A DNA stretch of 64,000 bases from Octopus sinensis. Its lineage: Eukaryota. This document shows positions 48,612 through 61,084 of this stretch, one piece after another. The translations under genes and the position numbers were made by a program. A model generated the notes under the pieces. That model saw nothing but the letters and a program-made list of their open reading frames with translations, was not told the origin of the DNA and did not search any database. Location: assembly GCF_006345805.1 (NCBI RefSeq), contig NC_043002.1:41230001-41294000 (forward strand). Direction: 5' to 3'. Position 1 is the first letter of the stretch, and each line of letters begins with the position of its first letter.

Positions 48612-49040
48612 GGGTGTTTTTTACGTGCCACTTGCACAGGTGCCAGACAGAGCTGGCGAACGGCCACGAACGGATGGTGCTTTTACGTGTCACCGGCACG
48701 GGGCCAGGCGATGCTGGCAACGGACACGAACGGATGGTGCTTTTATGTGCCACCGACACGGGGCCAGACAGAGCTGGCAAACAGTCACGAACGGATGGTG
48801 CTTTTACGTGCCACCGACACGGGGCCAGACAGAGCTGGCAAACGGCCACAAACGGACGGTGCTTTTACTGTCACCGGCACGGGGCCAGGCGAGGCTGGCA
48901 ACGAACACGAACGGATGGTGCTTTTACGTGCCACCGACACGGGCCAGGCAGAGCTGGCAAACGGCCATGAGCGAATGGTGCTTTTACGTATCACCGGCAC
49001 GGGTGCCAGACGAGGCTGACAGCGGACACGAACGGATGGG
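48612..49040 (-). repeat. About 60-bp tandem array (about 7 units) in the RTE 3'UTR
   Basis: CGGATGGTGCTTTTA-like anchors at about 48672, 48732, 48793, 48854, 48913, 48973 and 49034. Confidence 0.92.
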
Positions 49041-49086
49041 TCACTTAACCCCTGCTTTCTGATATATGATTTGATTTTGATTGTTC

Positions 49087-51925
49087 TCACTGGTCTTGCC
49101 GGGTCTTCTCATGCACAGCATACTTCCATAGGTCTCGGTCTCTGGTCATTTCCTTGGTGAGACCTAGAGTTCGAAGGTCGTGCTTCACCACCTCGACCCA
49201 GGTTTTCCTGGGTCTACCTCTTCCACAGGTCCCCTCAACTGCCAGCGTGTGGCACTTTTTCACACACCTATCTTCATCCATTCTCACCACATGACCATAC
49301 CAGCGCAATCGTCTCTCTTGCACACAACATCTGATTCCTCTAGGTCCAACTTTTCTCTCAAGGTACTTACACTCTGTCGACTATGAACACTGACATTACA
49401 CATCCAACGGAGCATACTAGCTTCATTTCTCGTGAGCTTACGCATGTCCTCAGCAGTCACGGCCCATGTTTCACTGCCATGTAGCATGGCTGTTCGTACA
49501 CATGCATCATACAGTCTGCCTTTTACTCTGAGCGAGAGGCCTTTAGTCACCAACAGAGGTAAGAGCTCCCTAAACTTTGCCCAGGCTATTCTTACTCTAG
49601 TCGTTACACTTTCAGCACACCCACCCCCACTACTGACTTGGTCACCAAGATAATGGAAGCTATCAACTACTTCTAGTTTTTCCCCCTTGGAAAGTGACGG
49701 AAGTTGTTTTCTGCAGATTTTCAGAGGTTAATGCTCCCGAGCATCTGCCACATACAAAAACCATCTTCCTAGTTAGCCTTCCTATGACATTGCTGCACCT
49801 CTTATGTGTCCATAGCTTACACTTGGTGCATCTTATAGAGTTTCTACCTACACCTTTTCTACAGATCGAGCAGGGCCATCTACCTGAAGGCGTTTGTGAT
49901 TTGTCTACCTTCCTACTTATTAGGACTTTGGTTTTAGCTAGGTTGACTCTAAGGCCCTTCGATTCTAACCATGCTTCCACACCTGAAACTTCTTCTCCAG
50001 TTCTGATAATGACTCAGCAATTAGAGCAAGGTCATCAGCATAGAGGAGCTCCCAGGGGCATCCTGTCTTGAATTCCTCCGTTATTGCCTGGAGGACTATG
50101 ATAAATAGGAGGGGGCTGAGGACTGAGCCTTGGTGGACCCCTACCTCTACCCGGAATTCTTCACTGTACTCATTTCCAACCCTCACCTTACTAGCAGCGT
50201 CCCACAGCTCTCACTAACCATTCTTCTATTCCTAGTTTCCTCATTGACCACCATATGAGGGATCGGGGGACCCTGTCGAAGGCTTTCTCCATGTCAACAA
50301 AAGCCAGGTACAGGGCCTTATCTTTGGCTAGGTATTTCTCCTGCAGCTGCCTTACCAGGAATATAGCATCAGTGGTACTTTTCCCTGGCACGAAACCAAA
50401 CTGCATCTCATCTAAACTAACTCTCTCTCTAATTAGTTGGCTTATAACCCTCTCTGTAACCTTCATCACCTGATCCAACAGCTTGATACCTCTGTAATTA
50501 TTTGTATCTAGGGCATCACCTTTACCTTTGTAGCAGTTGACTATTATGCTGCTACACCAGTCATTGGGTATGACTCCTTCATGTATCACCTGATTAACTA
50601 TACAGGTGACTAGGCTATAGCCGACACTACCAGACATTTTGAGCATCTCTGCAGTGATACCTGATGGGCCTGGGGCTTTCCCTGTCTTCATGCTTCTAAT
50701 TGCCTTAGCTACTAAGGAACTATCAACCCTGATAGCTGGTCCCTCTGTTGGGTCAACGTTCGGCAGACTCTCTTTATCCCATTCATTTTCTTTATTCAGC
50801 AACCTTTTATAGTGGCGTCTCCAAGCCTCTCTCTTTGCATCCTCGTTTAGCGCAAGTGAACCATCTTCATGCGAGCACACTTCTCTCCCACCACATCACA
50901 ATTCTCTCTCACACACTGTCTTGCAGCGCGAAACACCTCCAGTCTTTGGTCCTCACGGCGCAGAACATTGGCAAATTTTTCTTATCTGCTCCCCTGGCTA
51001 GATAGACCTGTCTCCTAGCTTCCCTTTTAGCAGTCTGATACAATTCCCTGCTACCACCATTCTTCCAGTGCTTCCAAGTCTGTCTCTTTTCTCTAATAGC
51101 CCTGTCTACGACACTGTTCCACCACCACGTTACCTTGGGACGAGAGGAGACTTTGCACCAGCCACAGATCTGGTCAGTGGCTCTCAGCAGGTTGTCCCTT
51201 AGAAACGTCCAGTTGTCCTCTACCCCATGTGATACACTATCCCCTTCTACTTCGTCAAAGGCTTCAAGTAACATGTCTCTAAATCTCTGTCCATTCACAG
51301 GATCCTTAAGCTTCCAGATCCTTCTTCTCCATGTTGGTCGTCTTCTGGTTGTCCTCCTACTCCTGATCCTAAAGTCACTAACTACCAGTCTATGTTGTGG
51401 GGTGCATTCTTCGCCTGGAAGGTTTTGGCATTTATAAGTAGCCATCTCTCCTCTTTTGCCTGGCAAGGATGTAGTCAATTTGGCTGGTATGTTGGCCCGA
51501 TCGGTAGGTGACTAGGTGGCTGGTAGGTTTCCTGAAGTTAGTGTTGCAAATCATAAGATTATTTGCATCGCAGAACTCCAGCAGCCTGGTTCCCTCCTCG
51601 TTGCGGGAACCAGAGCCATAGCTTCCATGTACGCCGTGGAAGCCCCCAGCATGTCGTCCAACGTGACCATTGAAGTCACCAGCCACAAAGAGAAGGTCTC
51701 TGTCGTTCGTCAACGAGGTAGTCTGCAGTAGAGTGTCATAGAATCGGTCTTTCTGTCCATCAGGTAGCCCCAACTGAGGAGCATAGGCTGATATAATGGT
51801 TGCTAAACTATGATGAAGCGCTAATCTAATCTTAAGTATTCTGTCGCATACTCTGATTACCTCAATTACTTTATCTACCCATTTCTCAGTGATAAGTATA
51901 CCCATGCCTCCAACCCCGTCAGTGT
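49087..51925 (-). pseudogene. RTE ORF2 (APE-RT-PHD-like finger), broken into several frames
   Basis: Consecutive minus-strand ORFs 51432-, 50909-, 50191-, 49965-, 49663-, 49284- and 49087- form one colinear protein with frameshifts. Confidence 0.95.
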
Positions 51926-51962
<37 letters not shown>

Positions 51963-52019
51963 GTAATAATAATAATGATAACAATAATAATAATAATAAT
52001 AACAATAATAATAATAATA

Positions 52020-52232
52020 ATCCTTTCTACTAAAGGCACAAGGCCTGAATTTTGTGGGGAGGGGACTAGTCAATTACATCAACACCAGTATTTCACTGGT
52101 ATTTAATTTATTGACTCCAAAAGGATGAAAAGCAAAATCAACCTCCGCAGAATTTGAACTCAGAATGTAAAGATAGTCAAAATACCACCAGGCACTTTGC
52201 CTGACATGCTAGCGATTCCACCATCTCACCAC
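52020..52232 (-). mobile_element. SINE family B (tail variant b)
   Basis: GGCACAAGGCCTGAATTTTG...AAAAGGATGAAAAGCAAAATCAACCTCCGCAGAATTTGAACTCAG. Confidence 0.85.
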
Positions 52233-52274
52233 TGTAATAATAATAATAATAATGATAATAATAATGATGATAAT

Positions 52275-52510
52275 AATAATTGGTGCATTGGGAACAGTAA
52301 GCCAAGATATAGACAAATGGCTGCAGGAGATTGAAACAGAGTGCCCGGTAGAGCTCCTACAGAAATTTTTCTCTAAGGGATAGCAACGATTGTCAGGAGG
52401 GTTGTAAGCATTTGAAAGACTGCTGAAATCTTGTGGACACCTAAGGTTACGAGTAACCCACTACCCACAGAAATCCTACCAGGAATAAGACCAAACCTGA
52501 GCCAAACCAA
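52275..52510 (+). mobile_element. R4/Dong-clade 3' end, no. 1 in the (AAT)n cluster
   Basis: IIGALGTVSQDIDKWLQEI...VELLQK followed by a 3'UTR; (AAT)n on both sides. Confidence 0.85.
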
Positions 52511-52521
52511 TAATAATAATG

Positions 52522-52567
<46 letters not shown>

Positions 52568-52587
52568 TAATAATAATAATAATAATA

Positions 52588-52690
52588 ATACTCTGGATGG
52601 TCCTTGAAAAATAAGGGTTGTTACCTTAATTCACTGGTAGAGAACAGCTGGCATCATAGTACATCTCCAGTATTAGAGACTGTGCAAAGA
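52588..52690 (+). mobile_element. R4/Dong-clade 3' end, no. 2 (same family as 57918-58958)
   Basis: TTCACTGGT...GAACAGCTG...ATCTCCAG..TTAG...CTGTGCAAAGACAATA matches the 3'UTR of the minus-strand copy at 57918. Confidence 0.8.
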
Positions 52691-52702
52691 CAATAAATAG
52701 TA

Positions 52703-52769
<67 letters not shown>

Positions 52770-52770
<1 letters not shown>

Positions 52771-53070
52771 GCACTCGAAGCACTAACAACCAAGTTTGAG
52801 GACACTTGAAACACTAACAGCCAAGTCTGTGAGATATGTCAGAGAAATTGGAATTCACATGAGAGTAGAGGAAACTCTAAAAAGCAGCGCTGATGGGGAC
52901 AGCTAGGATTCTGAAATTGGTACTTGGATGTTGAATGTCTCTTATAATAATTAACAACCAAGTATCGAAGCTTATAATGTGTGGAATGAGATCCTGTGAG
53001 ACCTCTGACAACAGGCAGCTCTCACAGAATCTACCAGAGCAAACAAGATCGAACATTTTGAGAAATAAAA
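52770..53070 (+). mobile_element. R4/Dong-clade 3' end, no. 3
   Basis: GTLETLTAKSVRYVREIGI...KAALMGTARILKLVLGC* plus UTR. Confidence 0.8.
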
Positions 53071-53091
53071 CAATTAATAATGATGATAATC

Positions 53092-53142
<51 letters not shown>

Positions 53143-53201
53143 TCAACAATAATAATGATAATAATAATAATAATAATATCAACAATAATAATAATAATAT
53201 C

Positions 53202-53232
<31 letters not shown>

Positions 53233-53280
53233 TCAACAACAACAACAATAATAATAGTAATAATAATAATAATAATAATA

Positions 53281-54415
53281 TACATCAGACTAAAGTTGGT
53301 AGAGGCCTTATACAAGCAGAAAACTATTATAAAATAACCACCATAGGATTAAAGAAATATCTCATTCAGAAGCAAGGAAAACTGGTACAAATAGCCACAA
53401 AACTTGGGCAAAATAAAAAACTGTTTTCTGTCTTTATGTTAGCTGAAAAATAAAGGAAAGAAGTCATAGTAACTGACAACTATGAAGAAAAAGAGGAATC
53501 AACAAAAGCTGTAAAACAACTGAAATCCAAACTGAAACTGGAACGACCAAATACCATGCTAAAATTATGGCAAGAAAAGCCCTGACATGGCAAATACTGG
53601 GATATACTAAACAGGAAAGAAATGGACAAAGTAAACTGCCAACAATGGTTGAGAAGCTCAGGAATCAAAGTAGAGACTGAAAGATTATAATTTCAGCACA
53701 AGATCAAGGCCTCCACACCAGAAATCCATAATGAAGAAAAATGCAAATAACTGCAGAAGTGATGATGGAAAAGAAACAATAAATCATATTGTCTCTGGCT
53801 GCCCAGTCCTGGCTAAGAAGGAATATATTCACAGACATGAGAGAGTTGGGATTCATATACATTGGAAGCTATGCCAACTCTATGAAATGATAACAGAAAA
53901 AAGATGGTATAGGCACACCCCAGAAAAAGTCACAGAAAAATAGAAAGCAACCATACTCTTGGATATGCCAATACACACAGATAGAGAAATCTAGGCTAAT
54001 AGACCAGATATAGCTGTCAAAGATCACTGAGAAAAGAAATTCCTTCTAACCAATGTATTAATCCCAACAGATAATGTGTCTCTAAAAGAAATGGAAAAAC
54101 ACTCAAAATACAAAGATCTGGAAATTGAAATAACCTGAGCGTGGAGCCTAAAAACAGAAACAATCCCAATAATAATAGGTGCATTCGGTATGCTTGAAAA
54201 ACAAACGAACAAACACATGACCAAAACACCAGGATTTACTAATATATATAACATACAGAAAATAGCATCCTACTAGGCATCCTATGTAAATCACTTTCAA
54301 TTCAGTGAAAATAAGAGCATCACAACAAACCACAGCACATAACCAATGCACACAGAGCTATGCTCGGAAGTGCAATGACAGCACACGTGATCAAAATATG
54401 ACTAGTGACAAATAG
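53281..54415 (+). mobile_element. R4/Dong-clade fragment no. 4 (Zn knuckle and RLE)
   Basis: RGLIQAE; HGKYW; SAQDQ; NCR...KETINHIVSGC; RHERVG; ANRPDI; KYKDLEIEI; IPIIIGAFG. Confidence 0.92.
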
Positions 54416-55786
54416 TAATAATGAATTCTTTTATTGGTCACAAGGGCCAAAAACATGGAAGACAGCATCAAAGGATGAATTACAACACACAAAAACTAAA
54501 ACAAAAACCAAAAGAAAACAAAAACAGGTGGGGTTAACATCAATCAAAAGGAGTCACAACCACATTAAAAGATACGACAAAAGAAACATAAAAGAAGTTA
54601 GAGAAATAAATAATAAATAATTAGAGCCCTGAATCGTGGAGTAGTCCACTTCAGGTAATTTGTGGTAATTCCCATGCAAAAATCCTGGAATACTCTACCA
54701 TGGGAAAGTGCTCTCTTCCAGTTTCTTTCCTTCTGCTTAGAAAAGTATACTCAGTGTCAATGCCGATCCATTCAGTCTCACCAGTCTTGTCCACCTTTTC
54801 ACAAACACACCACTAGAAGGCAGAACCTCCCTCTCTACCCCTCATCATTTTATTCAAGTAATAATGAATATACGGGTCCTAATGATACCCTAAGACCAAA
54901 AATCTACTCCTGCATTTCATTGTGAACGGGAAAAGAAAATCAATAAAACTGGCGATGTAGGACAAAAATTCCGACTTTTACATGTTTGGAAATAAGAGCC
55001 ATTTCTGGATTTTCTGTCCAGAGGAGCTTAAAAGATATGGTAGAGGAGAAAGTGGGCAACAACACAATTAGCGAAAACAGCAGGTTATAAGAAGCTGCCA
55101 TTTTCAGTTGCACCACAGGTTATTGTAGCTCAAAGGATAACGAAAGAAATCGTCTCATTCCCAGTGTCAGATATCGATTATCAGAGGTTCCATGATCAGT
55201 CGATGACCAGAGAACCTATGTGAAACAACTGGACACAACCAGCCGTATCATCCTATTGTCTGATGAAGACATAGAGAAGGAACAAAGCTGGCACACTGTT
55301 CGACACAGAAGTAAAGTAAAAAAAAAATCACTAGAAAAAATCGAATCCAAACAAAAATCGAGTAGGGCGTGCGAAAAGAAACCAAACTCCTCCCGAGAAC
55401 TTATGAAATTTATAATCCTTGCAATAGCAAACAAGGTACTAATGGACGAAATATAAGAGCTCTAAGAAGATTGAAGAAAAGATAAACAATGTGGCTCTTC
55501 GAAAAAATGAGCTTTGATTATGTAAAGTTTGTAAGATATAGATATCAGGTGAACACCACATTACAAGGTTATAGTCTGTTAAACACTAACCACCAAGAAA
55601 AAATAATTTCTAAGCCACTCCGATCCTGGAAGTAGTTAGCGACACCATAAATACTAAACATTTTGAATACCTGGATGCAGATTACTTGCAAGTGAAATCC
55701 ATTAAGGATCGCGAGGTGCCCTGACCAAACCCATATGTTGGCTCTTCATCTGTCTATGAATGGTTGCCTTATTTGGTTTTTGTATT

Positions 55787-56950
55787 TACCAGATTGATGC
55801 AAAAATAATTCCAGTTTTTATCATCAACTTTAAAGTAATATATCTCAGCACAGAATAAATTTTATAAATCAAAATAATAATCAGTGGAATTTATACAGTT
55901 TTGCTAACAAGACACTCGTCTATTTATTTTGGTAGCATAGGATTCAGAGTCCTGGAATCAATGAATTCTTAGAAGTTCATCTTATGCTGTTGTTTGGTTG
56001 TTAAAAACTCATTGTGAGAATTAGTCAAAATGCCTGGATCAGGGAGAGGTATGGGGAGTAAGCTTGGTGAGGTGGAGTTTTGAAGTTCTATTCCTTCTAG
56101 TTGTACAGAGCCATTTACAAAACATGTTGTTGGGCGTTGCCATGGAGAAGAATTGGTCTTTTATTATTTAACTAATGCTGGGCATAAACACTGCAGTTCT
56201 CGGTACATTTGGTGAAAATACTTCTCTTCTGTAGTGGTTTCGCCAGAATTCAAGTAATTGTCGTAGATTGTGTTGAGACTACCAAACAATGAGGATATTT
56301 TTTTTATTTATATAACTTCGGTTTAGGAAAGTGTTTTGTTACACCTCGAACCCAGTTACTGCACGTAACACTGTCAGTTGTCGTTTAGTATCTATCTGTC
56401 GCCGTAAGTCACGAAACGATCAAGAAATGAATAATTTTTCCTGTACAAAAAAAAAAGCACTAAGCAGACTTCATAACACCATTTTTTTTTTCATTTAGCT
56501 CATGCGGATTTCAATTGCCGAGCTTTTTTTTTTTTATAATTTCCATTGTGGTGTAAATGTCAGACAACTGTTGAATTCTAAACATTTAACTCTTCTACAG
56601 TTTTTTGCGAGTCCGCTTCAATAACCACCTTCACTTAGCTGTCGTCAACTGCAAAATGTCACCTCTAACTTTCTTCAGGCTCAATATTCTCTTCTGCAGT
56701 AGAAAATTTTTGGAATTAATGCTGAGCTGTACGTTCATTGAAAGTCTTCTAGCCAAAAGCTTAACTAATACCTCAAACAATTTTCGCTACTTTGCAGTCT
56801 ATTATGAACTCATACGATAAAACTGCTCAGATTTTCTTATTTACTGTAATTTATTTCAATATGTAGATATAGAAATAAACGAATAAATGTGAACACTGAA
56901 AACGAAACCATGAGTATACATCAATAGAGGCTGCAATCTGCGCTTCAAAA
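55787..56950 (-). mobile_element. Degenerate mariner (Hsmar1/cecropia-like)
   Basis: TIR-like TACCAGATTGATGCAAAAATAATTCCAGTTTTT; KHFPKPKL, PALVNNKRPILLHGNA, PPHQAYSP, and HTH FNERTAQH*FQKF. Confidence 0.85.
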
Positions 56951-57308
56951 TGATATACTATATGAATATAGTTAAAAGTTCCGACTATACATAAATATCA
57001 TAAGTTCTTTAACGTACACGACTTTAAGGTTAGCTATTCTTGCGTAGAGATTATCACTTCCAGAATTAAAAACCACAACTGGCAACACGCAACCACACAG
57101 TCCCTAGTCCAAGCAGTGTCTGCAACTGTCCAGTTAATTCTGTTCAACACCATTGTATATAGGGAAACTTACACTCCACCTAATGGTACCCAGAGGAACT
57201 ACATATATGAGACTCAGTACTAATGAGATGAATGAACGGTACAATCAACGTATGAACACTTGGTGTTAGGAAAAGGATAAACTCTACTTCTCTTGTGCCA
57301 AAATTAGA

Positions 57309-57358
<50 letters not shown>

Positions 57359-57416
57359 TAATAACAACTATTCTTCCTTTTCTTCATCTTCTTCTTCTTA
57401 TTATTATTATTATTAC

Positions 57417-57462
<46 letters not shown>

Positions 57463-57464
<2 letters not shown>

Positions 57465-57858
57465 GGCAGAGCTGGCAGAAACGTTAGCACGCCAGGCGAA
57501 ATGCTTAGCGGTATTTCGTCTGCCGCTACGTTCTGAGTTCAAATCCCGCCGAGGTTGACTTTGCCTTTCATCCTTTCGAGGTCGATTAAATAAGTACCAG
57601 TTACTCACTGGGGTCGATATAATCGACTTAATCCGTTTGTCTGTCATTGATTGTCCTCTTTGTATTTAGCCCCTTGTGGGTAGTAAAGAAATAGGTATTT
57701 CGTCTGTCTTTACGTTCAGAGTTCAAATTCCGCCGAGGTCGACTTTGCCTTTCATCCTTTCGGGGTCGATAAAATAAGTACCAGCTGAACACTGGGGTCT
57801 ATGTAATCGACTCATCCCCTTCCCCCATATTTGCTGCCCTTGTGGCAAAATTTGAAAG
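57463..57858 (+). mobile_element. Dimeric SINE family B (a+b tails) in (ATT)n
   Basis: Junction GTAGTAAAGAAATA|GGTATTTCGTCTG at about 57692, the same junction as 43646-44078. Confidence 0.92.
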
Positions 57859-57917
<59 letters not shown>

Positions 57918-57919
<2 letters not shown>

Positions 57920-58958
57920 GTCTTTGCACAGCTTCTAACGCTGGAGATATACTACGGAATCAGCTGTTCATTACCAGTGAACTAAAGTAACATCTCTAAT
58001 TTTTCGAGCACCTTCCGGAGTATTCAAGCGGTTCCAAGTAGTGCTCTTTTCTGCAAGTGCTCCACCATTATTGCAGCCCCTATTTGTTCCATGTACTTCT
58101 CAAGATTTTTACTCACTATTCCCAGAGCTCCGACAATTATTGGTATTACTACCACCTTTTTCATCGACCACAACTGCTAAACCTCCCAAGCTAACCTGTC
58201 ATATCTCTCGACTTTTCTTTCTTCCTTACCGCATACCTTGTTGTCAGCTGGACATGTTTTATCTATGATCCAGCATAGTTTGCTTTCATTCTCAATTAAG
58301 ACTGTGTCTGGCTTTCTATTCTCTATCTAATGGTCACACTGAATCATAAAATCCCACAGGATCTTTGTATTATCATTTTCGATAATGCCTTCGGGTTGTG
58401 GTCGTACCAATTTTATTCTCTGTCAAGTCCATACTTATTGCAAAGTGTCCAATGGACAAGCCTGGCTATATTGTCGTGGCGTCCCTTATATTCCCTTCTG
58501 GGCTAGTGGCATACGGTTTCACCATTTTCTCCACAGATTCTGCACTTATCACTTTCTGATGTGTTGTCTGTTCTGTATTCTATGTAGTTTGTTCTTAGTG
58601 CTTACTCTTGGGCATCACAGATTAAAGCCTCCGTTTCCGGTTTTAAATCACTTTTAGTCATCCATCTTTTTTCTCTGTCTGTCTTATCTTCAACATCCCT
58701 ATGAAATTGTCCATACATTCTTTTCTTTACCTACTTATTTTCAGTTTCATTCGTTTTCAATTGCTTGTTGAGTGCTTTATCTTTATCTTTGCAATGTTTC
58801 ATCCTACACAAGCCTTACTTTCTTACTTTTAATAATAGCAGTTCTGTGGCATTTTTTTACATACAATGCTATGTTGTTTTCTCCTGTTCTAATGCTGTGT
58901 TCGCATCCAATAAGTCCTCTTTCCCCTCTTTTTCTTGGTACATACAGTCTGTCTGTGT
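57918..58958 (-). mobile_element. R4/Dong-clade LINE 3' fragment ending in (AAT)n
   Basis: DRLYVPRKRGERGL; ETEALICDAQE; KCRICGENGETV; RHDNIA; KILWDF; NRKPD; IPIIVGALG; LQKRALLGTA. Confidence 0.92.
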
Positions 58959-58964
58959 CACTTT

Positions 58965-59228
58965 TTGGGCTACGCACTGGGGTCGATATAATCGACTTAA
59001 TCTGTTTGTCTCTCCTTGTTTGTCCTCTCTGTGTTTAGCCCCTTGTGGGTAGTAAAGAAATAGGTATTTCGTCTGCCGTTTCGTTCTGGGTTCAAATTCA
59101 GCCGAGATCGGCTTTGCCTTTCATCTTTTCGGGGTCGATAAAGTAAGTACCAGTTGAACACTGGAGTCGATGTAATCGACTCATCCCCTCCCCCAAAACT
59201 GCTGCGCTTGTAGCAAAATTTGAAGCCC
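58965..59228 (+). mobile_element. Partial dimeric SINE family B
   Basis: Tail of unit 1, junction GTAGTAAAGAAATA|GGTATTTCGTCTG, then unit 2 with a b tail. Confidence 0.88.
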
Positions 59229-59284
59229 TTATTGTTGTTGTTGTTTTTTGCTATTGTCATCATCATCATCATCATTATCAATAA

Positions 59285-59523
59285 AATAAATGCGCCCTTT
59301 TAAATACTAGCCAGGTTTCCCGGTTTCAATGGCGTGTGTGTTCCCCAGCTGGACGAGACGCCAGTCCATCGCAGCGTTACTCATTTTTGCCAGCTGAGTG
59401 GACTGGAACAACATGAAATGAAGTGTTTTGCTCAAGAACACAACGCGTCGCCCAGTCCAGGAATCGAAACCACAATCTATTATCATGGAGCTGACACCTT
59501 AACCACTAAGCCACGCGCCTCCA
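59285..59523 (-). mobile_element. tRNA/CORE-like SINE family D, full length
   Basis: GGAGGCGCGTGGCTTAGTGGTTAAGG head, GGTTTCGATTCC, CORE-like block, GCGATGGACTGGCG tail. Confidence 0.88.
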
Positions 59524-59895
59524 CCATCATCATCATTATTATTGCAGAAATTATGGATAGCCAGACTAAATTACTTGTAGTATTTAGTTATGTCTATTTA
59601 GTTTCTAAGCCCAAACCGTTTTTGCTTCTACATCCTCATCTCACATTGAAATAATAATGTCGATAAAATATGATCCAGCCATATACTGAAGTTATTTCAA
59701 TCAAGTAACCACCTTTAACCCAAATTTATGTCCATATACCAATGTAAACAAAGTATTTTAATTCCTCGTGCTACAAACAAACGAATAAAAATTAACCTTT
59801 CCAGTCCAGGCTTCTATTCCCCTGTATCACAACGCACACTTGCACGGACAGAGAGAGAGGGAGAGTGGGAGACAGACTGGCAGGCAAGCAGACAT

Positions 59896-59960
<65 letters not shown>

Positions 59961-60764
59961 TAACTTTCTTTATTGGCCACACATGGCTGAACACAGAGGG
60001 GACAAATACAAATGTAGAGCTTTTCTTTTCGAACATGGAAAAGAAAAACGGAAAAAAGGGAACAAATGTAAAATTCCGATCAAAAGGGATCGGGAAAAAT
60101 ATAAGGCGATCAAAAGGGATCGTGTATCACAGAAAGAAATTTTTTTAAAAAGTAAAGAACAAGATTAGATAACAAGCAAGCAGACAGACTGACAGGTATG
60201 TAGCGTGGCTTAGATTCAGATTCGAAACCACGTAGGTTTAGAAATAGGATCAGGTCACATAAGATCAGACAACTGCTCTGAATATCAACCAAGCATTTTG
60301 GCCACAATATCGAAAGCTCCAGATTTTGCCGACTGAATGGATGCTATAAAAAGCGAAAGCGCGCCAGAATCAGCGGAGAGGTTGGAGAAGGATTTGGAGA
60401 AAACAGACAAACACAGGATTCTTGGTCCTTGCTCTACCTGTGTTTAAAAGAATCTCTTCGGCTACAATGCACTTCTCCAAGTACGTCCCACGAACATAAT
60501 ATCCTCACCACTCGCCACACACAAATAAGTAGCTAGCCAGTTCTTAGCCATAGGCTCTCGTAGGTGACACAAACAGCAAGTCTTGGTTGGTAGTCGATCT
60601 TAAATTAAAGAAATTGCCGACTATGAAGAACAGAGTATTTCCCGCCTCTCGTGCAAAGCCATTCTTAGCTATCAATTCAACTACGTACTCCATTTGTTGC
60701 TGGCAGACTGCAATACATCCCTGGCAAACATCAGTGTAATTACGTTAATATTGTGATATAAACT

Positions 60765-61060
60765 GACACTCCGTCTCTTACGAGTGTTCCAGTTGATCCG
60801 ATTAACGGAACAGCCTGCTCGTGAAACTTAAGTGCAAATGGCTGAACACTTCACAGATACTCATGCCCTTAACGTAGTTCTCGGGGAGATTCAGCGTGGC
60901 ACAGAATGTGATAAGGTGAGCTCTTTGAAATACAGGTACTACTCATTTTTGCCAGCTGAGTGGACTGGAGCAATGTGAAATAAAGTGTTTTTCTCAAGGG
61001 GCATAATGTGAGGCCTGGAATCAAACTCATGACTTTACGATTGTGAGCCACATACCCTAA
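60765..61060 (-). mobile_element. SINE family C, near full length
   Basis: Reverse complement of 38981-39308. Confidence 0.88.
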
Positions 61061-61084
61061 ACCTGGCAGTCTGTTGGGTACAAT

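Larger units (their letters stand above)
48442..51925 (-). mobile_element. RTE-clade LINE, 5'-truncated within the endonuclease
   Basis: APE (SAYAPQ, GDFNGHVG, SQIDYIL), RT (GKAPGP, NYRGIKLL, QFGF, FVDMEKAFDRV, GVHQGSVLSP, LLYADD), C-terminal GRGRPRKTW, 3'UTR repeats and (GAT)n tail. Confidence 0.97.

Noticed and set aside
48612-49040. Regularly spaced repeats resembling a CRISPR array
   Set aside because: The whole 60-bp unit is repeated with no unique spacers, there are no cas genes, and it lies in a eukaryotic LINE 3'UTR.
49432-50473. Plus-strand ORFs opposite the RTE
   Set aside because: Antisense shadow frames of the LINE coding sequence.
55220-55456. 78-aa Lys-rich ORF
   Set aside because: It overlaps an interspersed repeat shared with 39430-39670 and has no motif; not supportable as a gene.
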